A DNA stretch of 64,000 nt. It comes from Candidatus Bipolaricaulia bacterium (GTDB lineage Bacteria; Bipolaricaulota; Bipolaricaulia; RBG-16-55-9). The notes beneath the pieces are model-generated. The model was not told where the DNA came from, searched no databases, and was given only the letters and a program-made list of their open reading frames with translations. Of the stretch, positions 1-11,197 are shown piece after piece (positions within the stretch are counted from its first letter, which is position 1; every line of letters begins with the position of its first letter). A program made the translations under genes and the position numbers. The DNA lies in NCBI GenBank assembly GCA_042219045.1, contig JBDGQO010000013.1, positions 1-64,000 of the forward strand. Reading direction: 5' to 3'.

Positions 1-1
1 C

Positions 2-1654
2 GCCGAGCGCCGCAAGCTCCGTGACCGGCATTCGGCGATCGAGATGGTCAAGGACATCGTCGACGCCAGCCCCGATCTATTGGATCAGGTTCCGCGCGAG
101 GGGCGCTCCATTGTCGCCATGCTCGCGGAGGACCGGGGCCAAGTGGCCGTGGACGAGATCCGGAACGCCCTCAGCGAGCAGCTGGGCGAGCGCTACCAGC
201 TGGCCTCTCAAGACCTGTCCAATGACCGCGTCCAGGTCGTCGTCAGCGTGGAGCCGGAATTCGCCGAGGCCGTCCAAGAATACCTGGATGCCAAAGGATT
301 CCGTCCCATCTCGCTTCCGGCCCACGTCGAGGAGCTTGACTTCCCCGAGGCGATCCCTCAACTGCGCCGGGACGACCAAGAGATTCCGGAACGCCTCGAG
401 GAGATCAATCGCGAGCTTCGCGAACTGGGCCAAGAACACGGCCCGCGCATGCTGGCGCTCGCGTGGGCCTTAGAGAATCGGCTCACCCAAGTCGACGCGT
501 CGGAGCGATTCGGCTACACGGACTATGCGTTCGTCGTCTCTGGGTGGATTCCCAGCGATGAGTACGACGAGCTCCAGTCGACGCTTCAGCAGGAATTCCC
601 TGACATCGTCATCAATGAGGACCCGAGCGAGGTAGGCCACGACGAGGTGCCCGTGGCGTTCGTGCAATCCGACTGGTCGCGCCCGTATCAACTTATTTTG
701 AACATCTTCGGCACGCCGAAACACGGCACGGTCGATCCGGTCCCCGTGATCAGCCTGTTCTTTCCCATTCTGTTCGCCCTCGTCGTCGGCGATCTCGGTT
801 ATGGATTGATCATCGTCGGGCTGGCGCTGTGGGCTTTGCGCGGCTTTCCCGGCCTAAGCAACCCGACACTGAAGCGACTGCCCGAGTCCGATACCGGGCG
901 GGGCGCCATGAAGATGCTCCAGCATGGCGGCATCTTCTCCGTGATCGCGGGCGTGCTTTTCGGCGAAGTGTTTGGCCTTGAAATCCATGGGCTCATCCAC
1001 ATCGGTCCTTGGCCCTTCCCGCGCGTCGAGCATGCCTATGGCGCCAGCCCCAGTCCGGCCGCCTGGCTGTTGCCCTTGACGCTGATCCTCGGGGCCGTCC
1101 AAGTCGTGGTCGGGCTTATCTACGGCATGGTGACGACGCTGCGCTTCGCGGACCGCCGACACGCTTACGCGAAGTTCGGGCTGTTGCTCGGCCTGATCGC
1201 TTTCACGCTGATCATCGGCGATCTGTCGAGCCAGGTTCCGTTCTTGGCGAACATGGCTCTGCCCGGTGCGGTCGTGCTCGCGATCGGGATCCCGTTCATG
1301 GCAATGGGCGGCGTGACGACGTTGTTGGAGATGTTGTCGCCGTTCATTCACTTGCTCTCGTTTGCCCGAATCATGGGGTTTGCGGTCGCGGCCGTCATGC
1401 TGGCGGTCGTCATCAACAACTTCGTCGGCTGGCTCTCCGGGACGGTCGTCATTCTAGGCGTGATCCTTGCCGCGATCGCCGCTGTCGTGCTGCACACGTT
1501 CAACCTGGTGCTGCACATCTTCGAGGGCGCCATCCAGTCCGCTCGTCTTCAGTGGGTGGAGTTCTTCGAAAAGTTTTTGCTGGAGGAGTTGGGAGGCATC
1601 CCCTATCAGCCGTTCGATCGAGTGGGGGTCGAGGTGCTCAGCGAGGACCGCTAA
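2..1654 (+). CDS. atpI: A/V-type ATP synthase subunit I (a), 5'-truncated by window edge
   Basis: Frame open from position 2; soluble N-part (VVSGWIP), then multi-TM region with DLGYG, the essential Arg in LLSFARIMG and QSARLQWVEFF; first gene of the ATPase operon. Confidence 0.95.
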   Translation, partial: AERRKLRDRHSAIEMVKDIVDASPDLLDQVPREGRSIVAMLAEDRGQVAVDEIRNALSEQLGERYQLASQDLSNDRVQVVVSVEPEFAEAVQEYLDAKGFRPISLPAHVEELDFPEAIPQLRRDDQEIPERLEEINRELRELGQEHGPRMLALAWALENRLTQVDASERFGYTDYAFVVSGWIPSDEYDELQSTLQQEFPDIVINEDPSEVGHDEVPVAFVQSDWSRPYQLILNIFGTPKHGTVDPVPVISLFFPILFALVVGDLGYGLIIVGLALWALRGFPGLSNPTLKRLPESDTGRGAMKMLQHGGIFSVIAGVLFGEVFGLEIHGLIHIGPWPFPRVEHAYGASPSPAAWLLPLTLILGAVQVVVGLIYGMVTTLRFADRRHAYAKFGLLLGLIAFTLIIGDLSSQVPFLANMALPGAVVLAIGIPFMAMGGVTTLLEMLSPFIHLLSFARIMGFAVAAVMLAVVINNFVGWLSGTVVILGVILAAIAAVVLHTFNLVLHIFEGAIQSARLQWVEFFEKFLLEELGGIPYQPFDRVGVEVLSEDR

Positions 1655-1727
1655 CGCGAACCGATTCAGATAACCCAGAGCAAGGAAACCAATCCATCAC
1701 GGAAACAACCGAGAGGAGGACATCGGC

Positions 1728-2051
1728 ATGACCCATAAGCGAGTTCGGCAGATCAGCTTGGTGCTGTTCCTTATCGGCGTGGCCCTCATCGGGGGAACGG
1801 CGATCGGCTTGGCCCAAGAGGAGGGCGAAGCGGCTACCGGTTCGTCGATAGGTGAGGGCCTGGCCAGTTTGGGCGCGGGCCTCGCCTTTTTGGGCGGGGC
1901 GATCGGCACGGGATTGGCCCAGTCGCGTGCCGTGGCCGCCGTCGTCGGCTCGGTCGCCGAGGATCCGGGCCAGCTTGGCACGGGGATTCTGTTGATCGTG
2001 ATTCCCGAGACGCTGGTCATCCTCGGCTTCGTGGCGCTCTTCCTAATCTAA
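1728..2051 (+). CDS. atpK: A/V-type ATP synthase subunit K (c, proteolipid), single hairpin with signal-peptide-like N-terminus
   Basis: RBS GAGGAG; GTGLAQ...AEDP...IPETLVILG c-subunit motifs. Confidence 0.95.
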   Translation: MTHKRVRQISLVLFLIGVALIGGTAIGLAQEEGEAATGSSIGEGLASLGAGLAFLGGAIGTGLAQSRAVAAVVGSVAEDPGQLGTGILLIVIPETLVILGFVALFLI

Positions 2052-2063
2052 GCGACGTTCCCT

Positions 2064-2633
2064 ATGGAACTACTCAATCGGATCGAACAAGAGGGCGAGC
2101 AGAAGGCCCAACAGATTCGCGAGGAGGCGGAAGAACAGGCCCAGCGCCGCCGCGAGGAGGCCGAACGCGAGATTGAACAGTGGCGCGAACAGACGCTGAC
2201 AGACGCCAAGGCGCGCATCGAGAACGAAAAGCGACTCATCACCAGCCGCGCCCGCGCCCAGGCCCGCTCGACGGTGCTACGCGCCAAGGCCGACGCCGCC
2301 CGCGCGCTCTACGATAAACTATCCGAGGAAGCCGAGCGGCTCCGTGAGGACGCTGACGCCTACAAGTCGTTCCTCCAGAACTGCCTCAAGGAAGCCGAAT
2401 CGGAGATCGGCGGGGATCTAGTCGTCCAGTTTGACGAGCGCGATCGGGCCATCTTCGACGAGCTGTTGAGCGGCACGAACCACCAGATGGGCACGTCGAT
2501 CCAGACGATCGGCGGCTTCATCGCCACCAGCGCGTCGGGCGACCTGCTCCTGGACAATCGACTGGAGACGCGCATCGAGAACCTCATTCGCCAGCATCGG
2601 CCCGAACTGAGCAAGCAGCTATTCCAGGAATAA
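2064..2633 (+). CDS. atpE: A/V-type ATP synthase subunit E
   Basis: N-terminal coiled coil, C-terminal IGGFIA...LDNRLETRI motif, operon position. Confidence 0.9.
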   Translation: MELLNRIEQEGEQKAQQIREEAEEQAQRRREEAEREIEQWREQTLTDAKARIENEKRLITSRARAQARSTVLRAKADAARALYDKLSEEAERLREDADAYKSFLQNCLKEAESEIGGDLVVQFDERDRAIFDELLSGTNHQMGTSIQTIGGFIATSASGDLLLDNRLETRIENLIRQHRPELSKQLFQE

Positions 2634-2675
2634 GCAAGCCGAGGCGCGCTGCGGCGTGAGATGGAGGAGGCAGGC

Positions 2676-3749
2676 ATGGCTTACGAGTACCTCAACACCC
2701 GGCTCCGCTACCTGAGGTCGCGGCTTCTGGGTCCCACGGAATTCGGATCCTATCTCGATACGACCGACTTCGAGGAGTTCACGGCCGCGCTGGCGGAGAC
2801 GGACTACGCCGACGAGCTCGAGCGCGCGTCGGTGGAGCATGCCGGTTACAACATGGTCGAGCAAGCCATCGTCGCACACACCCAGCGCGTTTTTCAGAAG
2901 CTGCACGACATGGCGTTCGACGAGCCGAAACAGTTGATCGGGCTGATCCTGGAGCGCTTCGAGGTTTTCAACTTGAAGACCATCTTCCGTGGGTTCCATG
3001 CGGGCACCGACGCCGACACCATCCGTGAGAGCCTCTTTCCGACCATCCTGTATCCGACCTCGTTCTACGAGACGCTCCTGGAGCGCGAGGGCATCGACGC
3101 CATCATCGATGAGCTCCTCAGCGTGGGGAACCGTTACTACCGCCCGCTTTCGGCGGCGTATCCCGACTACGAGTCGAGCGGGCAGCTGGCGACGCTGGAA
3201 GTGGCGCTCGACCGCCATTACTTCGCTGGCTCGGAGTCCATGCTCGATCAGATGGACAGCCCCAACGCCGAAGCGGTGCGCCACATGCTCGGCACCGAGG
3301 TCGACATCCTCAACCTCGTCTACGCCATGCGCGTGCTCGAGACGACGGTCGACACGGCCGAACGGGATCGATACGTTCTCCAGCGCGGCGCACGGCTCGA
3401 CGAGGGCACGATCCGATCGCTGATCGAGAGTCCGGACCGGGCGACGTTCGTTCGCAACGTGGCGGAGACCTACTACGGTCGGCGCCTGGAGGCGCTGGAC
3501 GAGTCCATGGACGCCAACGCCTTCCAGGAGCAGTTGGAAAACCTATTATATCGAGAAATGACGCACTTGGAGCCGGGCCAGTTCTTCGACATCGGCCTCG
3601 CCGCCACCTACATCTGGCGGATCAACGCCGAGGCCATCAATCTCCGGGTCATCGCCGGCGGCCTCTATCGCCGGGCGTCGCGCGCGGAGATCGAACGCCG
3701 ACTGATCCGGGTGCCCGGCATGATCCCCGAGGAGGTGGCGAGCGCATGA
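2676..3749 (+). CDS. atpC: A/V-type ATP synthase subunit C (d)
   Basis: YEYLNTRLRYLRSRLL, FNLKTIFRG, EAINLRVIA motifs; ATG 2676 follows GGAGG (ORF track start 2661). Confidence 0.9.
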   Translation: MAYEYLNTRLRYLRSRLLGPTEFGSYLDTTDFEEFTAALAETDYADELERASVEHAGYNMVEQAIVAHTQRVFQKLHDMAFDEPKQLIGLILERFEVFNLKTIFRGFHAGTDADTIRESLFPTILYPTSFYETLLEREGIDAIIDELLSVGNRYYRPLSAAYPDYESSGQLATLEVALDRHYFAGSESMLDQMDSPNAEAVRHMLGTEVDILNLVYAMRVLETTVDTAERDRYVLQRGARLDEGTIRSLIESPDRATFVRNVAETYYGRRLEALDESMDANAFQEQLENLLYREMTHLEPGQFFDIGLAATYIWRINAEAINLRVIAGGLYRRASRAEIERRLIRVPGMIPEEVASA

Positions 3750-4065
3750 AGCCGATCATCGTCTCGCCCACGGAGTTGGCCGACGGGTTCCGCCTGGCCG
3801 GGATCCGCGTCTTCGAGATCGACGAACGATACGAAATTCAACCGCGGATCGAGGAGATCATCACCGCGATTGGCGAGATGGCGGACGCGGCGATCGTGCT
3901 GGTCGACGAGCGCTACATGGCCCCGTTCGAGGAGGCTTTCGCCGCGAACGACCTCCCCATGGTCGCCTCGTTTCCGTCGAATCAGATTGACCACGACCAA
4001 CCCTACATCGACGAGCTGACGCTGCGATATTTGGGCCAGAAGCTTCACATAGGGGGCGAAGACGA

Positions 4066-4069
<4 letters not shown>
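3746..4069 (+). CDS. atpF: A/V-type ATP synthase subunit F
   Basis: GFRLAGI motif, 107 aa, ATGA overlaps with neighbours. Confidence 0.9.
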
Positions 4070-5889
<1,820 letters not shown>

Positions 5890-5907
5890 GCGAAGGAGGA
5901 TGTTTCC

Positions 5908-7371
5908 ATGGCAACGGAACTCTACGCGAAGGCCCATCGCAAGATTCAGGACATCAAGGGGCCCCTGCTCTTCCTGGACCCCGTCGCCGACGTCAAGTTC
6001 GGCGAGCGGGTCCAGATCGTCGACAGCGAGGGCCGCCAAAAGAGCGGCCAGGTGCTCGACGTCGGCGAGGACGCGGTCATCGTCCAGGTCTTCGAGGGCA
6101 ACGACGGCCTGGACCGCCAGGGCACCGCGGTCTTTTTCACCGGCGACATCGTCAAGCTCGGGCTGAGCGAGGACATGCTCGGCCGGGTGTTCGGCGGGTC
6201 CGGCAACCCGCGCGACGGCCTGGGCGAGATCTATCCCGAGCTCGAGCGCCCCATCGGCGGCGCCCCGATCAACCCCGTCGCGCGCCAGCAGCCCGACGAG
6301 TGGATCGAGACGGGCGTGACCGCCATCGACTCGCTGTTCACGCTCATTAAGGGCCAGAAGCTGCCCATCTGGGGCGGGCCCGGCCTGCCGCTGAACGAAG
6401 TGACCATGCAGGTGGCCCGCCAGGTGATCCGCCAGTCCGAGGAGGAGCTCGTCGTCGTCTTCGCCGGCATGGGCATCACGTCGCGGGAGTACAACTACTT
6501 CTACAGCCAATTCCAGGACAGCGGCGCGCTCGCCAGCTCGGTGCTGTTTTTGAACCTGGCCGACGACGCGGCCATTGAGCGGACGCTCACGCCGCGCCTG
6601 GCGCTGACGACGGCCGAGTACTTCGCCTTTGATAAGGGCCGCGACGTGCTCGTGATCATGAGCGACATGCTCAACTACGCCAACGCGTTGCGCGAGATCT
6701 CCTCGGCACGCGAGGAGATCCCCGGCCGCCGCGGCTATCCCGGGTATCTCTACACCGACCTCGCCTCGATCTACGAGCGCGCCGGCGTCGTCTACGGCGA
6801 GCAGGGCAGCGTCACCCAGATGCCCATCTGTACCATGCCGAACGACGACATCACCCACCCCGTGATCGACCTGACGGGCTACATCACGGAGGGCCAGATC
6901 CGCTTGAGCCGCCCGCTCAACCGCGAGAACGAGTTCCCGCCCATCGACGTGTTGCCCAGCCTGTCCCGACTCATGGACGAGGGCGTCGGCGAGGGCAAGA
7001 CGCGCGACGACCACGACAAGCTTTCCGACCAGCTCTACGCGCTCTACGCCCGTGGCAAGGAACTGGAGAAGTTGACGGCCATCATCGGAAGCGAGGGGCT
7101 CGGCGAGGACGAGCAGCGCATCCTCACCTTCACCGAGCGCTTTGAGTCCGAGTTCGTCGGGCAAGGCACGGAGCCGCGGTCGATCGAGGAAAGCCTCGAT
7201 CTCGCCTGGGAGCTCTTGGCCGACGTGCCGCGCAGCGAGCTGAGGCGCGTCAAAGCCGAACAGATCCAAAAGTACATGCCCCAGTCAAGCGGGGACGGCG
7301 CGGGCACGTCGGACGGATCCGAGTCGGAGGGCACTACGGCCGAATCGGCAGCCGGGACCTCGGAGGCGTGA
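5908..7371 (+). CDS. atpB: A/V-type ATP synthase subunit B
   Basis: RBS AAGGAGG; LTTAEY, NYANALREISSAREEIPGRRGYPGYLYTDL, MPNDDITHP, PPIDVLPSLSRLM. Confidence 0.98.
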   Translation: MATELYAKAHRKIQDIKGPLLFLDPVADVKFGERVQIVDSEGRQKSGQVLDVGEDAVIVQVFEGNDGLDRQGTAVFFTGDIVKLGLSEDMLGRVFGGSGNPRDGLGEIYPELERPIGGAPINPVARQQPDEWIETGVTAIDSLFTLIKGQKLPIWGGPGLPLNEVTMQVARQVIRQSEEELVVVFAGMGITSREYNYFYSQFQDSGALASSVLFLNLADDAAIERTLTPRLALTTAEYFAFDKGRDVLVIMSDMLNYANALREISSAREEIPGRRGYPGYLYTDLASIYERAGVVYGEQGSVTQMPICTMPNDDITHPVIDLTGYITEGQIRLSRPLNRENEFPPIDVLPSLSRLMDEGVGEGKTRDDHDKLSDQLYALYARGKELEKLTAIIGSEGLGEDEQRILTFTERFESEFVGQGTEPRSIEESLDLAWELLADVPRSELRRVKAEQIQKYMPQSSGDGAGTSDGSESEGTTAESAAGTSEA

Positions 7372-7377
7372 GCGACG

Positions 7378-8076
7378 ATGTCGGAGAGCATCAACGCGAC
7401 CCGTGACGTGCTCCTGCGTACTCGCCAAGAGCTCGACACGGCCAAAGAGGGCAAGGACATCCTGGAGAAAAAGAAGGAAGCCCTGTTGAGTCGCTTCCTC
7501 GACATGATCAAGCGCTACAAGGGCAAGCGGGAAGAACTCCTGGACGACTTGAAGTATCTCGAGGACACGATCTTCTTCGCCCGCGCCCGAGACGGCGGCG
7601 TGGCCGTCAGTTCGGTCGCCATGGCCACGGGCCAGGACGTCGAACTTGAGATCGAGACGGACAACGTCATGGGGACCAAGATCTTCAACATGGCCCATCC
7701 TGAAATGAGCCGCGATCTGCTCTCGCGCGGCTACAACCCGGCCAGCACGAGCTCGCGCATCGAGGCCGTCGCCGGCACCGCGGAGAGCCTCATGGACAAG
7801 ATGCTCGACATCGCGCACCTGGAGCACAACATCAAGACCGTCGGCAAGGAGATGGGCACGCTCAACCGCAAGATCAACGCGCTGGAGGAGACCATCATCC
7901 CCGACCTGGAGAACACCATCAGCTACATCACCGACGCGTTGGAGCAGAACGAGCGTGAGGAGATCTTCCGATTGAAGATGGTCAAGCGCATTCAAGCCCG
8001 CAAGGCTGCCGAAGCGGAGGCTGCCAAGGACGCCGCGGACGCCGAGGCATCAACCGACGGTCGGCGGTCCAAGTGA
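7378..8076 (+). CDS. atpD: A/V-type ATP synthase subunit D
   Basis: GKDILEKKKEAL, RKINALE..IIP, LEQNEREEIFRLK motifs. Confidence 0.95.
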   Translation: MSESINATRDVLLRTRQELDTAKEGKDILEKKKEALLSRFLDMIKRYKGKREELLDDLKYLEDTIFFARARDGGVAVSSVAMATGQDVELEIETDNVMGTKIFNMAHPEMSRDLLSRGYNPASTSSRIEAVAGTAESLMDKMLDIAHLEHNIKTVGKEMGTLNRKINALEETIIPDLENTISYITDALEQNEREEIFRLKMVKRIQARKAAEAEAAKDAADAEASTDGRRSK

Positions 8077-8089
8077 GCATGGACGCCGG

Positions 8090-9280
8090 TTGATCATGAC
8101 CCGACAAGGGGCCATTTTGGCCCTAGCGGTGCTCATCGTCGCCGTCGGTACCGCCTGGTGGGCTGGGACCCAGATGGGCACCGACCCCGCTCCATCTCCA
8201 GCGGAGACTTCGGCCAACGGCCAGCCCGCCACCACGGAGAACGGCCTACTCCGGTGGGAGCGACGGGCCTCTCAGGTCCATCGGGACGTCGAGCCCTCGG
8301 TCGTCAACATCACGAGCACCGTCGTCACGGAGACGTTCTTCGGGGAACGTGCCCAAGAGGGCACCGGATCGGGCTTCGTCTACGACAACGACGGCCGGAT
8401 CATCACCAACCATCACGTCGTGCAGAACGCCTCCCAGATCGAAGTGACGTTCCCCGACGGCTCCATCGCCACAGCCGAGGTGATCGGGACCGATCCGCTC
8501 AACGACCTCGCGGTGATCGACGTCGACGACATTCCGGCCGATCAGCTCCACCCGGTTGAGATGGGCGACTCCAGCCAGCTCATGCCGGGCCAGCTCGCCA
8601 TCGCCATCGGCAACCCCTTCGGCCAGTTCGAGCGGACGATCACCATGGGCGTCGTGAGCGCGCTGGACCGGACGATCAATCGTGAGGGGCAACGCCCCAT
8701 TTTCGGCCTCATCCAGACCGACGCCTCCATCAACCGAGGCAACTCGGGCGGGCCACTGCTCAACTCCCGAGGGAAAGTCATCGGGATCACGACGGCGATC
8801 TACAGCCCGAGCGGCGGCTCGGTGGGTATCGGCTTTGCCGTCCCTGCCGATACCGTCGCGCAGGAGGTCCCGGTGTTGATCGAGCGCGGGCGCTATCCGC
8901 ACCCCTGGGTCGGAATCACGACGCCGCCCTTTCCGCTCACGCCTGATCTGGCCGAACGGCTCCGACGGGGAGCGGACTTGGATCTTGGGGCCGACCGCGG
9001 CGTGTTCGTCATTGAAGCCACACCAGGCGGTCCGGCGGATCAGGCCGGGATTCAAGGGGCCGACCGAGCCATTCGCGTAGGCAACCGCCAGGTGCCCATC
9101 GGCGGCGATATCATCACGGCCGTCGACGGCGTCGAGGTCGCCAGCCACGAGGACATCATCCGGTATCTGGAGACCGAGACCGAAGTCGGGCAGACCGTCA
9201 CGCTGACGTTGGTGCGCGATGGCCAGGAGATGACCGCCGACGTGACGCTTCAGGAGCGGCCCCCGGGCCAGCAGCGCTAA
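8090..9280 (+). CDS. htrA: HtrA/DegP-family (S1C) serine protease, N-terminal TM anchor and one PDZ domain
   Basis: GTGSGF, ITNHHVV, DLAVI, QTDASINRGNSGGPL catalytic triad motifs; GDIITAVDG PDZ; start may be ATG 8096. Confidence 0.93.
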   Translation: MIMTRQGAILALAVLIVAVGTAWWAGTQMGTDPAPSPAETSANGQPATTENGLLRWERRASQVHRDVEPSVVNITSTVVTETFFGERAQEGTGSGFVYDNDGRIITNHHVVQNASQIEVTFPDGSIATAEVIGTDPLNDLAVIDVDDIPADQLHPVEMGDSSQLMPGQLAIAIGNPFGQFERTITMGVVSALDRTINREGQRPIFGLIQTDASINRGNSGGPLLNSRGKVIGITTAIYSPSGGSVGIGFAVPADTVAQEVPVLIERGRYPHPWVGITTPPFPLTPDLAERLRRGADLDLGADRGVFVIEATPGGPADQAGIQGADRAIRVGNRQVPIGGDIITAVDGVEVASHEDIIRYLETETEVGQTVTLTLVRDGQEMTADVTLQERPPGQQR

Positions 9281-9304
9281 CACAGGCCCCGGATTGCCGA
9301 TTGG

Positions 9305-10330
9305 CTATTGGAGCGCCTCGGCGTTGAGCGCCAGCTCGGCGACGTTGGCGGCATAGTCCTTCACGCGACCGATGCTGTCGACGACGATCCCGAGATGGAA
9401 CGCCAGGTGAGAATCGTTCAACTCGAGCAACTCGCGGTCGATCTGGGCGATGGCGTCGTCGATGTCGGGCAGCGTAATCAGCGCCGTCTGTGCCTTCGTG
9501 ACGTCCAGTTGGAGGAACGCCCCCAACACTTGATCGAGCAGCTCGCGGACCATGCCCTCCGTGCTGCGGAACTCGTCGGCCACGTCGCTCGGCACGACGC
9601 GATCCTCCAGGATGAGCGCTTCGGCGGACTGGGCAATCTTGACCGCGTGATCGGCCACGCGCTCCAACTGCCGGGCGACCGTGTGGGTGTTGAAAAACTC
9701 CACGCGCGAGACGCCACGATCAACCTCGGCAAGGGGATCACGCAGAGCAGCATAGAGCTGGCGCGACAGCAAGAGAAAGAAGCGATCGACGCGCTCGTCT
9801 CGCTGAATCACGCCCTGAGCCCGCTCGAGATCGCCCTCCAGAAGCGCAGACGGCGCGTCCGTGATCATCGCCTCGGCGTTCTCGCGGATGTAGGCCATCA
9901 ACTGCGGCGGCGACAATACCTGGGGATCGCGCAGCGTCTGGATGAGCATGAAGTCGGCGGTCTCTTGGAGGATCTCTGCGCCGATCAGGCGCTGCACCGT
10001 GTCGCGTACCGTCTCCCGCTGGTCGTTGTCGATCGTGCCCGTCACTTCGATGACGTCGTAGCCGCCGACGTACTGGGAGATGAGCGCCCGCGACAACGCG
10101 GCATCCCGCAACGACCCGTCGACGCCCAGAGACGCCTTGGCTTTGGGGGCCTCACGGTCGCGATCGGGGCTGACGTAGATGCCGGGCTTAATCCGGACGA
10201 GCGAGACCTCCTCGCCCTTTTGCAGTTGCATGGCCTCGATCCAGCTCTTGGGCAGGGTGATCATGTACGTGCTGCCGCCGGCCGTCGTCCCGAGTGTGCG
10301 TCGTTCGCGGTCCATTCTCTCTGGCGACAT
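9305..10330 (-). CDS. AbrB/SpoVT-PhoU fusion phosphate regulator (archaeal-type)
   Basis: N-terminal AbrB motif GGSTYMITLPKSW; SQYVGGYDVI; PhoU repeats RDERVDRF, LERVADHAVKIA, IGRVKDYAANVAE; RBS AAGGAG. Confidence 0.9.
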   Translation of the reverse strand: MSPERMDRERRTLGTTAGGSTYMITLPKSWIEAMQLQKGEEVSLVRIKPGIYVSPDRDREAPKAKASLGVDGSLRDAALSRALISQYVGGYDVIEVTGTIDNDQRETVRDTVQRLIGAEILQETADFMLIQTLRDPQVLSPPQLMAYIRENAEAMITDAPSALLEGDLERAQGVIQRDERVDRFFLLLSRQLYAALRDPLAEVDRGVSRVEFFNTHTVARQLERVADHAVKIAQSAEALILEDRVVPSDVADEFRSTEGMVRELLDQVLGAFLQLDVTKAQTALITLPDIDDAIAQIDRELLELNDSHLAFHLGIVVDSIGRVKDYAANVAELALNAEALQ

Positions 10331-10352
10331 GGGGTGACTCCTTTATCGTCCC

Positions 10353-10380
10353 ATTCTATATACCGGACACACATTGTCAA
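10353..10380 (-). promoter_or_regulatory. sigma70-type promoter of the AbrB-PhoU gene
   Basis: TTGACA (10380-10375), 16 nt, TAGAAT (10358-10353). Confidence 0.65.
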
Positions 10381-10413
10381 TAGTTTACACAACCTGACGC
10401 GTTCGCTTGCCGT

Positions 10414-10442
10414 TTGACACCTCATTTCACAGCCAATACGGT
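10414..10442 (+). promoter_or_regulatory. sigma70-type promoter of the ABC transporter operon
   Basis: TTGACA (10414-10419), 17 nt, TACGGT (10437-10442). Confidence 0.5.
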
Positions 10443-10471
10443 AACGTAATTTCTATATACGGGGGCATGCC

Positions 10472-11197
10472 ATGATCGACGTCGCCAACCTGCGCAAGGA
10501 TTTCGGATCATTCGCCGCTGTCGACGACGTCAGTTTTCGCGTCGAACCGGGCGAGATCTTCGGGCTGTTGGGCCCGAACGGTGCGGGCAAGACGACGACG
10601 CTGCGCATGGTCACGACGATCCTCAAGCCGACGAGCGGCTCCATCCATATCCACGGCTGCGACGCGGTCAACGAGCCCGAACGCGTCCGTCACCAGTTCG
10701 GCGTGCTGAGCGAGGCGACGGGCCTCTACGATCGCCTGACTGCCGAGGAGAACGTGCGCTACTTCGCGCAACTGCGCGATATGGCCAAATCCGAGACCCG
10801 ACAACGCATCGACGAGATTTTTCCCATGCTCGGCATCGACGATTACGCGGACAGGAAAGCGGGCAAGCTCTCCAAGGGCATGAAGCAGAAGGTGGCCATG
10901 GCCATTTCGTTGTTGCACGATCCGCCCGTGTTGATCTTCGACGAGCCGACCTCGGGGCTCGATGTCATGTCGTCGCGGCAAGTGCGCGACTTCCTCGACG
11001 GGTTCCGCCAGACCGACAAGACGGTGCTGTTATCCACCCACTTGATGCCCGAGGCCGAACGGCTCTGCGATCGCATCGCCATCATCAACGATGGGCGCAT
11101 CGTGGCCGTGGGCACCCCGGATGAGCTGCGCAACCAGAGCGGGGAAGACGACCTGGAGGCCGTCTTCGTCAAGCTGGTGGAGGAGGTTCCCCAATGA
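10472..11197 (+). CDS. natA: ABC transporter ATP-binding protein, NatA-like
   Basis: GPNGAGKTT, LSKGMKQKV, IFDEPTSGLD, LSTH; GLYDRLTAEEN resembles NatA. Confidence 0.8.
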   Translation: MIDVANLRKDFGSFAAVDDVSFRVEPGEIFGLLGPNGAGKTTTLRMVTTILKPTSGSIHIHGCDAVNEPERVRHQFGVLSEATGLYDRLTAEENVRYFAQLRDMAKSETRQRIDEIFPMLGIDDYADRKAGKLSKGMKQKVAMAISLLHDPPVLIFDEPTSGLDVMSSRQVRDFLDGFRQTDKTVLLSTHLMPEAERLCDRIAIINDGRIVAVGTPDELRNQSGEDDLEAVFVKLVEEVPQ

